From contig CAXMWX010000005.1 of assembly GCA_963422205.2 (NCBI GenBank), positions 128,001 through 192,000 of the forward strand: a DNA stretch of 64,000 bases. The letters are read 5' to 3'. This DNA is from Gammaproteobacteria bacterium (GTDB lineage: Bacteria > Pseudomonadota > Gammaproteobacteria > Eutrophobiales > Eutrophobiaceae). Under the pieces are notes generated by a model. It was not told the origin of the DNA. It saw nothing but the letters and a program-made list of their open reading frames with translations, and searched no databases. The position numbers and the translations under genes were made by a program. Within the stretch, counting starts at the first letter, position 1. Every line of letters begins with the position of its first letter. Positions 27,698 to 37,994 of this stretch are shown piece by piece.

Positions 27698-29141
27698 CAG
27701 CCAGCAGCGTTGCTACCAGCCGGTCGATAACGGCAATGGCGAGATCGATGGTCTCCTTATGAGTACGGTAGGATAGCACGGCAAATCGGATCATGTAATG
27801 ACCGCCCAGCAGGGTAGATGACAGCAGGATCGTCCCATCCGCCCGGATGGCCTCGAGCAGCTTTTTGTTGAACCCATCGGCATCCGCCACAGCCACATAA
27901 CGAAAGACAAAGATGGACAGCGCCGGTGGCGGCCCGGTTTCCATGCCGGGCATCGCCTTGATTTGCTCATAGGCATAGCGGGCGAGCAGCAGTTTTTCAC
28001 TTAACATGGCCCGAAACGGCGCCACGCCGATCAGCTTTAACGGCAACCACAAACGCAGCGCGCGAAAATGCCGGGTCAGTTCCGGCCCGACATCCGCTGG
28101 CGATACCTCGTCTTTGTTATAGAAACTGTCCTGCATGTAGTTTGCCGTGCAAAAGTGTGCCTGATAGAGCAGCTCGCCATCTTTGACAAGGGCCGCCCCC
28201 AGACCGAACGGCGTGTGCAACGCCTTGTGCGGATTCATCACGACCGAATCTGACAAGGCCATATCGGCGAGCTTGTCCTTGACCAAATCGCTCAAAACAA
28301 AAAAACCGCCATAGGCAGCGTCTATGTGATACCAGAGTTCATGCCGCTTGGCAACCGCACCGAGCGCCGCCAGCGGATCAACGCTGCCCACATCCGTCGT
28401 CCCAGCTGAGGCCACCACCATCCAGGGCATCAAGCCGCGGCGGCGATCAGCATCGATCATCTCGGCGAGCGCATCAGGGCACATACGAAATGCCGAATCC
28501 ATCGGCACATTGACCTGCACACACTCACCCATGCCTGCGATATGCAAGCCTTTTATCACGGCGTGGTGCGTGATCCCGGTCATATAGACAACGGCCTTCT
28601 CATAGTCCCTGGCTTTCAGTCGGAACGCCTCCCGGGCGGTGACGATGCAGGTCAGGGTGGCCAAGGAGCCGCCGGATGCCAGCGTGCCTTTGGCGTTATC
28701 TGGATAACCTGCCAGCCCGGCCATCCAGTCAAGCAACTGATTTTCGAGGTGTACCGCCCCCGGGCAGTTGGCATAATCGCCCACGTATTCATTGGTGATT
28801 GCCGCGATATAATCGCCGAGGGCGGCGTAGTACATGCTGCATGGCGGGATATAGGCCAGGAACCTGCCGGATACCGGGCTTAACCCCTGCTCTTCGACCT
28901 GGGACTGGTACAAAGCCAGCACAGCATCCATCGCCATGCCCTGCTCGGCGATGGGCGAGGCGAATATTCCCCGGCCACGTTCATCCGTATTCACATAGGC
29001 CGGGCGATCTTTAATCCGCTCCAAAAACGCCTCGGTGTAGGTAGTCACCTTATCCAGCAGGACGGCACGCTGTTCAGCATCCGGCTCAATGATCGCCGCC
29101 TGTTGTTCATACGCTCTTATCTGTGCGATAAGTGCACTCAT
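27687..29141 (-). CDS. PLP-dependent group II decarboxylase, aromatic-L-amino-acid decarboxylase-like
   Basis: RFLAYIP, SGGSLATL, SAGTTDVGSVD, HIDAAYGGF, NPHK (PLP Lys) and ELTRHFRALRLW motifs. Confidence 0.85.
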   Translation of the reverse strand: MSALIAQIRAYEQQAAIIEPDAEQRAVLLDKVTTYTEAFLERIKDRPAYVNTDERGRGIFASPIAEQGMAMDAVLALYQSQVEEQGLSPVSGRFLAYIPPCSMYYAALGDYIAAITNEYVGDYANCPGAVHLENQLLDWMAGLAGYPDNAKGTLASGGSLATLTCIVTAREAFRLKARDYEKAVVYMTGITHHAVIKGLHIAGMGECVQVNVPMDSAFRMCPDALAEMIDADRRRGLMPWMVVASAGTTDVGSVDPLAALGAVAKRHELWYHIDAAYGGFFVLSDLVKDKLADMALSDSVVMNPHKALHTPFGLGAALVKDGELLYQAHFCTANYMQDSFYNKDEVSPADVGPELTRHFRALRLWLPLKLIGVAPFRAMLSEKLLLARYAYEQIKAMPGMETGPPPALSIFVFRYVAVADADGFNKKLLEAIRADGTILLSSTLLGGHYMIRFAVLSYRTHKETIDLAIAVIDRLVATLLADDQ

Positions 29142-29267
29142 CGCTCACGACTCCCCATCTTTAGCCGCCAGAACCAGCAAGCACAACATGAGGCACAGAT
29201 CGTCCAAGGGGTATTTCCCTCGGTGTGAAAACAGATGACGGCAAGATAACAGAGATAATCAGGACGT

Positions 29268-31013
29268 TCAGGCACTCGCCCCTTTGCCAAACACACGCTC
29301 ACGTACTGGCAGGCGTTTTTTCGCCCCCTGACAGACCGCTTTAGGCACATCAAAGACCAGGCGGTTATCCGGGCCGATGCCCTCTTCCCGCAAGCAGGCC
29401 GCCAGGTCATCGTCATCGACCGTGAAACCCGCCCGGCGATTGAACTCCCATTCATCCTCCAGACAGCCCCAGCCCAGATCGATGATCTGCTCACGTGTCA
29501 CCTCCTCGCCGTAGAACAGGTGGTAGCACTGGCGGATCTCATCCAGCGTGGGTTGCAGGAACTGACAAAACCCGGACGCATCGCAAACCGCATTGATGAT
29601 CTGCGCTTCCTGTGAAGCATACACCGCCTCCTCGCCGCCCAGTTCCGGATCAATCACCAGACCTGCCGTGTGATCGGCCCCCATTGCGCTGGTGGCATAG
29701 GTCACACCGGCCGCCTTCAATGGGCGCGGATCCCAGGCCGGCAGCGCCTGCCCCTTGGCCACCGGGATGCGGTGATGCCCTCGCTGTGTCCCCACCGCCA
29801 AGGCGCCATCGCCGATCAGCCGGCCGAGCGCAGAGCCCTGATTGACTTCCTGTTCTAACAAGGCGATCGCACCGGCCGCATCACCGTAGGCCATACCCCC
29901 GGAGTCCATATACACCGCAATCGCCGCACCGGTCTCAATGGTATCCAGCCCCAGCTCATCACACAGGCGATCCAGTTGTGCCACCTGCTCCCAGTCATTA
30001 ATCGCACAACAGGAACCCAGCAAGGTCAAGGTCTCAAACTCCAGCGCCGAGGTCAGGTAGTTGCCGTCCTTATCGTGCACGATATTCGAACAGCGGACGA
30101 TGCAACCGCTCATGCAGTTGTGCATACCGCCGCCACGTTCAGCAAAGCTCTCATGGATGCGGGCGCCATCCAGCTTGCCCACCTCCGGGTTACGGCCCTC
30201 GGTGCGGTTTTTATACGGAAACGTATGCAGCATGTTGGCCATGGGTACGCCGGTGCTGGTGCCGCCTTTGAAGAGGTTGTGTCTGCCGTCAGACAGGTAG
30301 GTCTGGCTGAAGGCTTTGTTGTGGGCAGCAAAGCCCTTTGTATCTGCGGCCTGGCGCAGCCGTGCCTTGCCCGGATCGATCACGATCCACTTCAAACACT
30401 TGGCCCCCATCACCGCACCGACACCGCCTCGGGCGGCATGTCGGGCCGGTCGGCGTTGCTTGTTGCGATCGGTGCAGGCAACCGATGCCCCCTTGAGCAT
30501 CATCTCACCCGCCGGGCCGATACTGATCGCCGATGCGGTTTTGGGATAATCGGCCAGCAGCCGCTCACACGCCGCATAATTCCACATGCCTTTATAGTCA
30601 TCGGCGGCAAGCAGCCTGGCCCCCTCGGCGCTGACTTCCAGCCCCCAGCGTTTATCCATCGCCATAGGCTGGCCGGTGATGATGATGCCACGATACCCCA
30701 GCCTCATCATATCCTGGCCCGGATTACCGCCGGCATTCGCTTCTTTGATGCCGCCCGTTAGCGGGCTTTTACAACCGACCGACAAACGCCCGGAAGTCGG
30801 CGCCGATGTCCCCGATAAAATCCCCGGCGCCAGCACCAGCAGATTATCCGGGCCAAGCGGATCGCATTGCGGGTCGCATTGCTCCAGCAGGATGCGGGCC
30901 GATAAAGAACGCCCCCCCAGGTATCGCCACTGCTCAGGGTAATCCACAACCTCCACCTGTTGCCTGGTCATATCCACCCGAATCAGTTTATCGTTATCCC
31001 ATGCCTGCGACAT
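29268..31013 (-). CDS. Aldehyde:ferredoxin oxidoreductase (tungstopterin AOR family)
   Basis: KSPLTGGIKEANAGG, AARGGVGAVMGAK, CMSGCIVRC, EFETL, CDELGLDTIE and DASGFCQF motifs. Confidence 0.9.
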   Translation of the reverse strand: MSQAWDNDKLIRVDMTRQQVEVVDYPEQWRYLGGRSLSARILLEQCDPQCDPLGPDNLLVLAPGILSGTSAPTSGRLSVGCKSPLTGGIKEANAGGNPGQDMMRLGYRGIIITGQPMAMDKRWGLEVSAEGARLLAADDYKGMWNYAACERLLADYPKTASAISIGPAGEMMLKGASVACTDRNKQRRPARHAARGGVGAVMGAKCLKWIVIDPGKARLRQAADTKGFAAHNKAFSQTYLSDGRHNLFKGGTSTGVPMANMLHTFPYKNRTEGRNPEVGKLDGARIHESFAERGGGMHNCMSGCIVRCSNIVHDKDGNYLTSALEFETLTLLGSCCAINDWEQVAQLDRLCDELGLDTIETGAAIAVYMDSGGMAYGDAAGAIALLEQEVNQGSALGRLIGDGALAVGTQRGHHRIPVAKGQALPAWDPRPLKAAGVTYATSAMGADHTAGLVIDPELGGEEAVYASQEAQIINAVCDASGFCQFLQPTLDEIRQCYHLFYGEEVTREQIIDLGWGCLEDEWEFNRRAGFTVDDDDLAACLREEGIGPDNRLVFDVPKAVCQGAKKRLPVRERVFGKGASA

Positions 31014-31316
31014 ACCTGCCTCTAAAAGTTACGGCTGTGGTATGCCATCATGCCGTTATGCAAAACACATGTCCAGCACCTAAGTCCATCATCACGTAAC
31101 TGGCCGCTTGTCGATGTAGCCAGCAGATGGGTGAAGGCAAGATAATCTGTCACATATCAGCCGTCCTGCTTTATTGATGCCGGGCATTATAATCCGGCCA
31201 TTAGCATCAGGTAAACTGCTATGATGTACAATGGTAAGATATGGCTGCATGACATCATGCGATGTTGCCCATAGATGAAGTACCATCTTGCAGCCGTTTA
31301 ATATGAGTATCATGCT

Positions 31317-32426
31317 TTGATAAGAAAATACCTCATCGTTACTGTCAGCGGGCTGGTGCTGGCCCTGGCGTGTTATGGTGTGTTCTATGCCAGGCAGAGC
31401 AAGCGGCTGGATGATGCCAACACGGCAATGCAGGAAGGCGATTTAACAACCGCTATTACCTTGCTTGGCCGTTACCTGCAAGACCGGCCAGAGGATGAGG
31501 TGGTCAAAGATACATTATGGCAGATAAAGACCGAGTTTGCTCATCGTTTTCTCAAGCAGGCAAAGGCGAAGCTGGCTGGCGGCGAAAACCAGGCCGCTAT
31601 CATGGCCTATCATGAACATATCGCCTACTACCCGGACGATTACGAAGCACAGCTTGCACTCATTGATGTATACAAAGTGCTGAAAATTTATGCCCTGGCG
31701 GAAAAGCAGTTAAATGAGCTGGCCGAAAAAGATGACTTGAGTGCAGATGTACGCCGCAGAGTCGATCACACATTAAACGAGATCATCAACACCTGGGCGA
31801 ATGAGACCAAGCGCCAGGCCGACCGGGATATGGCCGCAGAGAATATCAATGCAGCCATCCGGCAGTATACCCAAGCCATTCAATTACGCGCCAGAAACCC
31901 GGCATTAAAATCAGCACGAGGCGATCGGAATATTGCCATACGTGCCTTTGATGATGTGGTTAGCTGGCGTGCTTATGCGGTTTGGCTGGCAACTGATCTA
32001 CAGCAGGCACAGTCGGTGTTACATACCGAGTTCGATAAAGATATTTTCCAAACCGCGGCACGGTATGAGCTGAATAGGGCAGAGCAGTTACGCTATCGGC
32101 AGGGATTACTGGCACAGCATATCTGGTCCAGGGCCGATAGTCTGCTTGCACAACACCATTGGCAGCTGGCCTATGATACCTATGAACAGGCAAAGCATTT
32201 ACACCGGCTGGCTATTGGCGAAGAATTTGATGCGGCGATTGCCGCCATGCAGTTTAATCAGGTGACAGCCAAGCTGTACTTGAAGTTAAATCACGAGGCG
32301 ATCCGTTTATATGAAGCGATCCGTGATAAGGCGCCTTACTACGAACCGGCAAAGATGCGGGCACTTGAAAAAGCCCTGGCATTTCCTGCCAGGCCACCAC
32401 CGCTACCCGAACCGTATCCCCCCTGA
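31317..32426 (+). CDS. Membrane-anchored TPR-like helical protein
   Basis: N-terminal hydrophobic anchor, repeated A...Y..AI...P helices and a Pro-rich tail. Confidence 0.6.
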   Translation: MIRKYLIVTVSGLVLALACYGVFYARQSKRLDDANTAMQEGDLTTAITLLGRYLQDRPEDEVVKDTLWQIKTEFAHRFLKQAKAKLAGGENQAAIMAYHEHIAYYPDDYEAQLALIDVYKVLKIYALAEKQLNELAEKDDLSADVRRRVDHTLNEIINTWANETKRQADRDMAAENINAAIRQYTQAIQLRARNPALKSARGDRNIAIRAFDDVVSWRAYAVWLATDLQQAQSVLHTEFDKDIFQTAARYELNRAEQLRYRQGLLAQHIWSRADSLLAQHHWQLAYDTYEQAKHLHRLAIGEEFDAAIAAMQFNQVTAKLYLKLNHEAIRLYEAIRDKAPYYEPAKMRALEKALAFPARPPPLPEPYPP

Positions 32427-32445
32427 TCACAGTCAAATGCCAGGC

Positions 32446-32901
32446 TTAATCCAGCGCCCTGACATACCTGTGTAATTTCGCCAGACAGTGTTCAAGCTGT
32501 TTTAATTCTGCCCTCGTCAGCACACATTCCAATTCTTTCTCAAACCTTAATGCCAGCGGCACGATCCGTCGGTAGCTGGCACGGCCCCTGGCGGTCAAGC
32601 GCAACACGGAACGGCGTTTATCCTCGGCAGAAAACGTCCTGTGCAGGAGTTTTTTTTGCAGCAGACGGGCGACGGCACGACTGACCGAGACCTTCACCAT
32701 TTCAGTCTCAACACCCACCTGTTCAGCAGACAAACCGGACTTCTCTCCCAGCACCGCCAGCACCCGCCATTCATGGATAGACAGATTAAACGGCGTGGAG
32801 TAAAGCCGGGCAAATGCGGTGCTGATCCGGTTGGTCACGACCGACAACTGATAAGGAATAAATTCCCGCAGCTTCAATACCTGATGGTTTTTGTTACTCA
32901 T
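32446..32901 (-). CDS. MarR family regulator 1
   Basis: [25 protein letters not shown] and [10 protein letters not shown]; start at 32901 overlaps the hmgA end. Confidence 0.9.
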   Translation of the reverse strand: MSNKNHQVLKLREFIPYQLSVVTNRISTAFARLYSTPFNLSIHEWRVLAVLGEKSGLSAEQVGVETEMVKVSVSRAVARLLQKKLLHRTFSAEDKRRSVLRLTARGRASYRRIVPLALRFEKELECVLTRAELKQLEHCLAKLHRYVRALD

Positions 32902-34240
32902 CGGCGGCGGGGAAATATTTTTCCAGTGACTGCCAGCAAGCGGTGTAATGTCTTTGTCTTTGTGCTGATTCCTGGGCGTAGCGGGTGGGGTGGATGATAT
33001 AACGTGATTCAAACATAAACGCCATTGTCGCTTCCTGTTTTACCGGTGCTAACCGGGCATTGCTGGCCTCTTCAAACGCCTGTTTGTCCGGGCCGTGGGC
33101 CGACATACAGTTATGCAGGCTGGCACCGCCGGGCATAAACCCGGCTGGCTTGGCATCATAAACACCATCGATCAAGCCCATGAACTCGCTCATGACGTTA
33201 CGATGATACCAGGGCGGGCGGAAGGTATCCTCGGCCACCATCCAGCGCGGCGGGAAGATCACAAAATCCACATTCGCCATGCCCTCGGTGTCAGACGGTG
33301 ATGTCATGACGGTGAAGATGGACGGGTCGGGATGATCATAGCTGATGCTGCCCATCACATTGAAGCGCTCCAGCGCATATTTATAAGGCAGGGAATTACC
33401 TGCCCAGGCCACCACATCCAGCGGCGAGTGATGCAAAGCGGCCTGGTAGAGCTTGCCGGCGAACTTGCACGTCAGCGTAAACTCGCCCGCTTTATCTTCA
33501 AAGGCAGCCACCGGCGCCATGAAGTCGCGATTATTGGCATAGCCATCAGAGCCCACCGGGCCACGCTCCGGCAGGCGGAATGGGGCGCCGTAGTTTTCAC
33601 AGATATACCCGCGCGCTTCCCCCTCAAGCAGCCTCACCTGAAACTTCATGCCTCTGGGGATCAGGACAATCTCGCCCGGTACGGCGCGCAACCGGCCGCA
33701 CTCGGTAAAAACAGCCAGCCCGCCTGACTCCGGCACGATCAATAACTCGCCATCGGCGTCATAAAAATAACGCCCCTGCATGGACTGATTGGCGGCATAC
33801 ATATGAATGCCGCAACCTGTCTGTGTCGCCGCATCACCATTGGCCGCCAGCGTTACCAGGCCATCAATAAAATCCTGCGGTGTCTCCGGCAGCGGCAGGG
33901 GATCCCAACGCATCGGGGTCGGTGGTGCTGCCACATCGAAAATCGGGGCGGTTTGCCACAAATCATGGGGCAGCGGGGTAAAATCATGCTGCACCACAGA
34001 CGGGCGAATACGATAAAACCAGTTCCGGCGGTTCTCCGCACGTGGTGCAGTGAAGGCGGTGGTGCTGAACTTCTCCGTATACAGGCCATGGGCTACCCTC
34101 TGGGGAGAGAAGCGCCCCCTGGGCAAGGCATCCGGCAAGGCTTCTGATTCCTGCTCATTACCAAAACCGCTGAGGTAGACATAGTCATCGGCCGCCGCTG
34201 CGGTCTTGAGTGGCTGTGTTTTCATGACGCTCGCCATCAT
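32894..34240 (-). CDS. hmgA: Homogentisate 1,2-dioxygenase
   Basis: [34 protein letters not shown] and [12 protein letters not shown] motifs. Confidence 0.97.
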   Translation of the reverse strand: MMASVMKTQPLKTAAAADDYVYLSGFGNEQESEALPDALPRGRFSPQRVAHGLYTEKFSTTAFTAPRAENRRNWFYRIRPSVVQHDFTPLPHDLWQTAPIFDVAAPPTPMRWDPLPLPETPQDFIDGLVTLAANGDAATQTGCGIHMYAANQSMQGRYFYDADGELLIVPESGGLAVFTECGRLRAVPGEIVLIPRGMKFQVRLLEGEARGYICENYGAPFRLPERGPVGSDGYANNRDFMAPVAAFEDKAGEFTLTCKFAGKLYQAALHHSPLDVVAWAGNSLPYKYALERFNVMGSISYDHPDPSIFTVMTSPSDTEGMANVDFVIFPPRWMVAEDTFRPPWYHRNVMSEFMGLIDGVYDAKPAGFMPGGASLHNCMSAHGPDKQAFEEASNARLAPVKQEATMAFMFESRYIIHPTRYAQESAQRQRHYTACWQSLEKYFPAADE

Positions 34241-34289
34241 GCTGACTCCGATTTGAATTTAATGATTGAATTTGACAATCAAGCCAGTA

Positions 34290-34307
34290 TAGTTACAAAT
34301 GTAACTA
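34290..34307. promoter_or_regulatory. Perfect palindrome TAGTTACA-AA-TGTAACTA, candidate MarR operator
   Basis: Lies between the divergent hmgA and fahA genes. Confidence 0.75.
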
Positions 34308-34343
34308 ATTTCAAATCTACCCAACAGCACGAGGAGAAGCCGC

Positions 34344-35339
34344 GTGAAATTAGCCAGCCTGAAAACCGGTGGTCGTGATGGTACGCTGGTGGTGGTTGAT
34401 AAAACCCTGTCCCGGGCGGTCGGGGTGCCGCAGATTGCCGCCACCCTGCAGGCCGCTCTGGATGCGTGGGCGAGTAAAGCAGCGGCACTGGTGGAGGTGT
34501 ACCAGGCGCTGAACACTGGCTCCCTCGAAGGTGAGTTTGCCTTTGATCCGACAGTCGCCGCCGCCCCCCTGCCGCGCAGCTATCACTGGGCCGATGGCAG
34601 CGCCTATGTCACCCATGTCGAGTTGGTACGCAAGGCACGGGGGGTGGAGTTGCCGGACGCCTTCTGGACTGATCCGCTGATGTACATGGGCGCATCCGAT
34701 GCATTCATCGGCCCGCACGATGACATACTGGTAGAGGATGAGGACTGGGGCATTGATTTTGAATCCGAAGTGGTGGTGTTTACCGATGATGTGCCGGCTG
34801 GCATCAAGGCAGATAAGGCCGGACGGCATATCAAGCTGCTGGCGCTGGTCAATGATGTGTCTTTGCGTCATCTCATCCCGGCCGAGCTCGCCAAGCAGTT
34901 TGGGTTTTATCAGTCCAAGCCCTGGACTTCGTTTACGCCGGTCGCCATCACGCCCGATGAATTGGGCGCTGCCTGGGATGGCGAGCGGCTGCACCTGCCC
35001 CTGCACTCCACCTTGAACGGGAAAAAACTCGGCGCACCCCATGCCGGGAAGGACATGACGTTTGGTTTTCCCGAGCTGATCTCACACGCCGCCAAGTCCC
35101 GGCATCTGATGGCCGGCAGCGTGATCGGCTCTGGCACGATCGCAACCGTTGGCAGCAAAGACGGCTCATCCTGCCTTGCTGAAATACGCTCTCTGGAAAC
35201 CATTGCGGATGGCAAACCGACAACGGCATTCATGCGCTTCGGTGATCGCATTGAGATCGAGATGTTTGATGCACACGGGGCCAGCCTGTTCGGCAAGATC
35301 GATCAAGTGGTGAAAAAATATGATCCGCCGACCGACTGA
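34344..35339 (+). CDS. fahA: Fumarylacetoacetate hydrolase family protein
   Basis: RDGTLVVV, WADGSAYVTHVELVRKARG, IDFESE and NDVSLR motifs; divergent from hmgA. Confidence 0.88.
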   Translation: MKLASLKTGGRDGTLVVVDKTLSRAVGVPQIAATLQAALDAWASKAAALVEVYQALNTGSLEGEFAFDPTVAAAPLPRSYHWADGSAYVTHVELVRKARGVELPDAFWTDPLMYMGASDAFIGPHDDILVEDEDWGIDFESEVVVFTDDVPAGIKADKAGRHIKLLALVNDVSLRHLIPAELAKQFGFYQSKPWTSFTPVAITPDELGAAWDGERLHLPLHSTLNGKKLGAPHAGKDMTFGFPELISHAAKSRHLMAGSVIGSGTIATVGSKDGSSCLAEIRSLETIADGKPTTAFMRFGDRIEIEMFDAHGASLFGKIDQVVKKYDPPTD

Positions 35340-35437
35340 TGGACATAAAAATACCGGCTGCCCGGCGGCATCAGCACATGATACGGGCGGTCGATTAACC
35401 CGCATGATAATCAGCATGTTCGATAAAGAGGAAAGCC

Positions 35438-36136
35438 ATGGCCGGTTTTGATAAATGCGTTGGCAGCTATGCGGCGGCCTTAGATGGCCTGGAAGATGGC
35501 ATGACCATCATCGCCGGTGGCTTTGGCTTGTGCGGCATACCGGAGGGCTGCATCGCACAGATAAAAAAAATGGGTTCCCGTGCGCTCACCATCGTTTCCA
35601 ATAACTGCGGGGTGGATGATTTCGGACTGGGGCTGTTGTTGCACGATAAGCAGATCAAAAAAATGATCTCCTCGTATGTGGGTGAGAATGCGCTGTTTGA
35701 AGAGCAGTTGTTAAACGGTGAGCTGGAAGTTGAATTGACGCCACAGGGCACTCTGGCGGAGAGGATGCGCGCAGGGGGTGCTGGCATTCCGGCATTCTAC
35801 ACCGCTACCGGTTACGCAACGCCAGTGGGTGAGAACAAGGAAGTCAGGGAATTCAACGGCAAGCCCTGTATTCTGGAGGAGGCCATCATGGGTGATTTTG
35901 CCATTGTTAAAGGCTGGAAGGCGGATCGCTATGGCAACGTCATCTACCGCCACACGGCGCAAAATTTTAACCCCATGGCAGCGACAGCCGGCAGGATCAC
36001 CGTTGTTGAAGTGGAGGAGATCGTCGAGCCAGGTGCATTGGAGCCTGCACAGATACACACACCGGGCATTTATGTGGATCGCTTGATCCAGGGCCGGTTT
36101 GAAAAACGCATCGAACAACGCACCACGGCGGGGTGA
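35438..36136 (+). CDS. scoA: 3-oxoacid CoA-transferase subunit A
   Basis: [22 protein letters not shown] and [17 protein letters not shown] motifs. Confidence 0.93.
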   Translation: MAGFDKCVGSYAAALDGLEDGMTIIAGGFGLCGIPEGCIAQIKKMGSRALTIVSNNCGVDDFGLGLLLHDKQIKKMISSYVGENALFEEQLLNGELEVELTPQGTLAERMRAGGAGIPAFYTATGYATPVGENKEVREFNGKPCILEEAIMGDFAIVKGWKADRYGNVIYRHTAQNFNPMAATAGRITVVEVEEIVEPGALEPAQIHTPGIYVDRLIQGRFEKRIEQRTTAG

Positions 36137-36139
36137 ACC

Positions 36140-36799
36140 ATGGCGCTGACTCGTGAACAACTCGCCATGCGCGTGGCCCGGGAGTTGCGGGATGGCTACT
36201 ACGTCAATCTCGGCATCGGTATCCCGACACTGGTGGCCAATTATGTGCCGACAGGCATGGCGGTGATGCTGCAATCAGAAAACGGCTTGCTGGGCATGGG
36301 CGCTTTTCCCGCCGAGGCGGAACTCGATGCCGATATGATCAATGCTGGCAAGCAGACTGTGACGGCGATTACCGGTGCATCGATCTTCAATTCGGCCGAA
36401 TCCTTCGCCATGATACGTGGTGGGCATATCGATCTGACCGTGTTAGGGGCCTTTGAGGTGGACGTACAAGGCAATATCGCCTCCTGGATGATCCCGGGCA
36501 AGCTGATCAAAGGCATGGGCGGGGCCATGGATCTGGTCGCCGGTGCCAGCAATATTATTGTCACCATGACCCATGCCAGCAAGCAGGGCGAATCTAAGCT
36601 GCTGCCACAGTGTCGCCTGCCGCTCACTGGTGCCGCCTGCATTCATAAGGTGGTGACCGATCTGGCGTATGTGGAGATCAGGGACGGGAAATTCTGGCTA
36701 AAAGAGCGGGCGCCGGGCGTCAGTATTGATGAGATCGTGGCAAAGACCGCCGGTGAACTGGTGGTGCCGGCATCGGTGCCGGAGATGGAATTGGGTTAA
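36140..36799 (+). CDS. scoB: 3-oxoacid CoA-transferase subunit B
   Basis: VNLGIGIPT, LQSENG (catalytic Glu) and KGMGGAMDLV motifs. Confidence 0.93.
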   Translation: MALTREQLAMRVARELRDGYYVNLGIGIPTLVANYVPTGMAVMLQSENGLLGMGAFPAEAELDADMINAGKQTVTAITGASIFNSAESFAMIRGGHIDLTVLGAFEVDVQGNIASWMIPGKLIKGMGGAMDLVAGASNIIVTMTHASKQGESKLLPQCRLPLTGAACIHKVVTDLAYVEIRDGKFWLKERAPGVSIDEIVAKTAGELVVPASVPEMELG

Positions 36800-36846
36800 G
36801 AGCCGAGCGCAAGCCCTCACGCCCTGGCCGGGGTGAGTGACAATGG

Positions 36847-37905
36847 CTATGCCGTCAGCACACCCCGGCGCAACTGATCCAGTTCAATCGATTCGAACAG
36901 TGCCTGGAAGTTGCCCTCACCAAACCCCGTATTGCCCTTGCGCTGAATGATCTCAAAGAAGATCGGGCCGATCACGGTCTCGGTGAAGATCTGCAATAAC
37001 ACACCCTGGCCCTCGGTTGGCGCACCATCAATTAGAAGGCTTCTTTGCAGCAACGCCTCCACATCCTCTTCATGCCCGGCAACACGGGTATTGATGTTCT
37101 CATAATAGGTAGCCGGTGTGTCCTGAAAAACGACATGGTTGGCACGCAAGGCATCCACGGAGGCATAAATATCATCGGTGCCGAGTGCGATATGCTGTAC
37201 GCCCTCGCCATTGTACTGCTGCAAGTATTCGGCAATCTGCGACTTATCATCGGCAGACTCATTGATGGGGATATGAATCTTCCCGCACGGGCTGGTCATG
37301 GCACGGCTTCTCAAACCGGTCATCTTGCCCTCGATATCAAAGTATTTCAGCTCACGAAAATTAAACAGCTTCTCATAAAAACCCGCCCACTCGTCCATGT
37401 TGCCACGGGCGACATTGTGAGTCAGATGATCCACATAGGTCAGGCCGGTTTGCCGCACCGCCGGGCTGGGCGCCACGGGTTCAAAGTCAACATCATAGAT
37501 CGTACTGGGACCGTAGCGATCAACCAGATACAAACGGCTGCCGCCGATTCCCTCTATCGCCGGGATGGCGAGTTCCATCGGCCCGATAACATCATTGACG
37601 CCGGTAGCACCCCTGGCGAGCGCATGTTCATACGCTGTACCTGCATCCCTCACCCTAAGAGCAAAAGCACAAATCGACGGGCCATGCTGCTCGGCAAACT
37701 GTTGTGCGAAACTGTCCGGTTCGGCATTGATGATAAAATTGATATCGCCCTGGGAATGCAGGCTGACGTTCTTGCGCCGATGCCTGGCGGTTACCGGAAA
37801 ACCCATTTTCTCAAACAGGTTACGCAATAATCCGGGGTCGGGGGCGGTATATTCGATGAATTCAAAGCCATCTGTGCCCATCGGGTTGGCATGTAAATCA
37901 GTCAT
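36847..37905 (-). CDS. hppD: 4-hydroxyphenylpyruvate dioxygenase
   Basis: NPMGTDGFEFIE, DHLTHNV, GVQHIA, LLQIFT and FFEIIQRKG..GFGEGNF motifs; start reassigned to 37905. Confidence 0.97.
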   Translation of the reverse strand: MTDLHANPMGTDGFEFIEYTAPDPGLLRNLFEKMGFPVTARHRRKNVSLHSQGDINFIINAEPDSFAQQFAEQHGPSICAFALRVRDAGTAYEHALARGATGVNDVIGPMELAIPAIEGIGGSRLYLVDRYGPSTIYDVDFEPVAPSPAVRQTGLTYVDHLTHNVARGNMDEWAGFYEKLFNFRELKYFDIEGKMTGLRSRAMTSPCGKIHIPINESADDKSQIAEYLQQYNGEGVQHIALGTDDIYASVDALRANHVVFQDTPATYYENINTRVAGHEEDVEALLQRSLLIDGAPTEGQGVLLQIFTETVIGPIFFEIIQRKGNTGFGEGNFQALFESIELDQLRRGVLTA

Positions 37906-37968
37906 TGTGAGGCTCCTGTTGTTAGATTGTTGCAGCAGATTATACTGCCTGCTCTTGTCAACCCATAT

Positions 37969-37986
37969 TAGTTGCTTGTGCAACTA
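37969..37986. promoter_or_regulatory. Palindrome TAGTTGC-TTGT-GCAACTA, candidate MarR operator
   Basis: Same 18-bp geometry as 34290-34307; lies between hppD and MarR 2. Confidence 0.7.
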
Positions 37987-37994
37987 TTGTCAAC

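Noticed and set aside
37940-37961. TTGACA and TATAAT on the - strand upstream of hppD (similar pair at 34272-34293)
   Set aside because: The spacing is only 10-11 bp, so the pair cannot be a standard sigma70 promoter.
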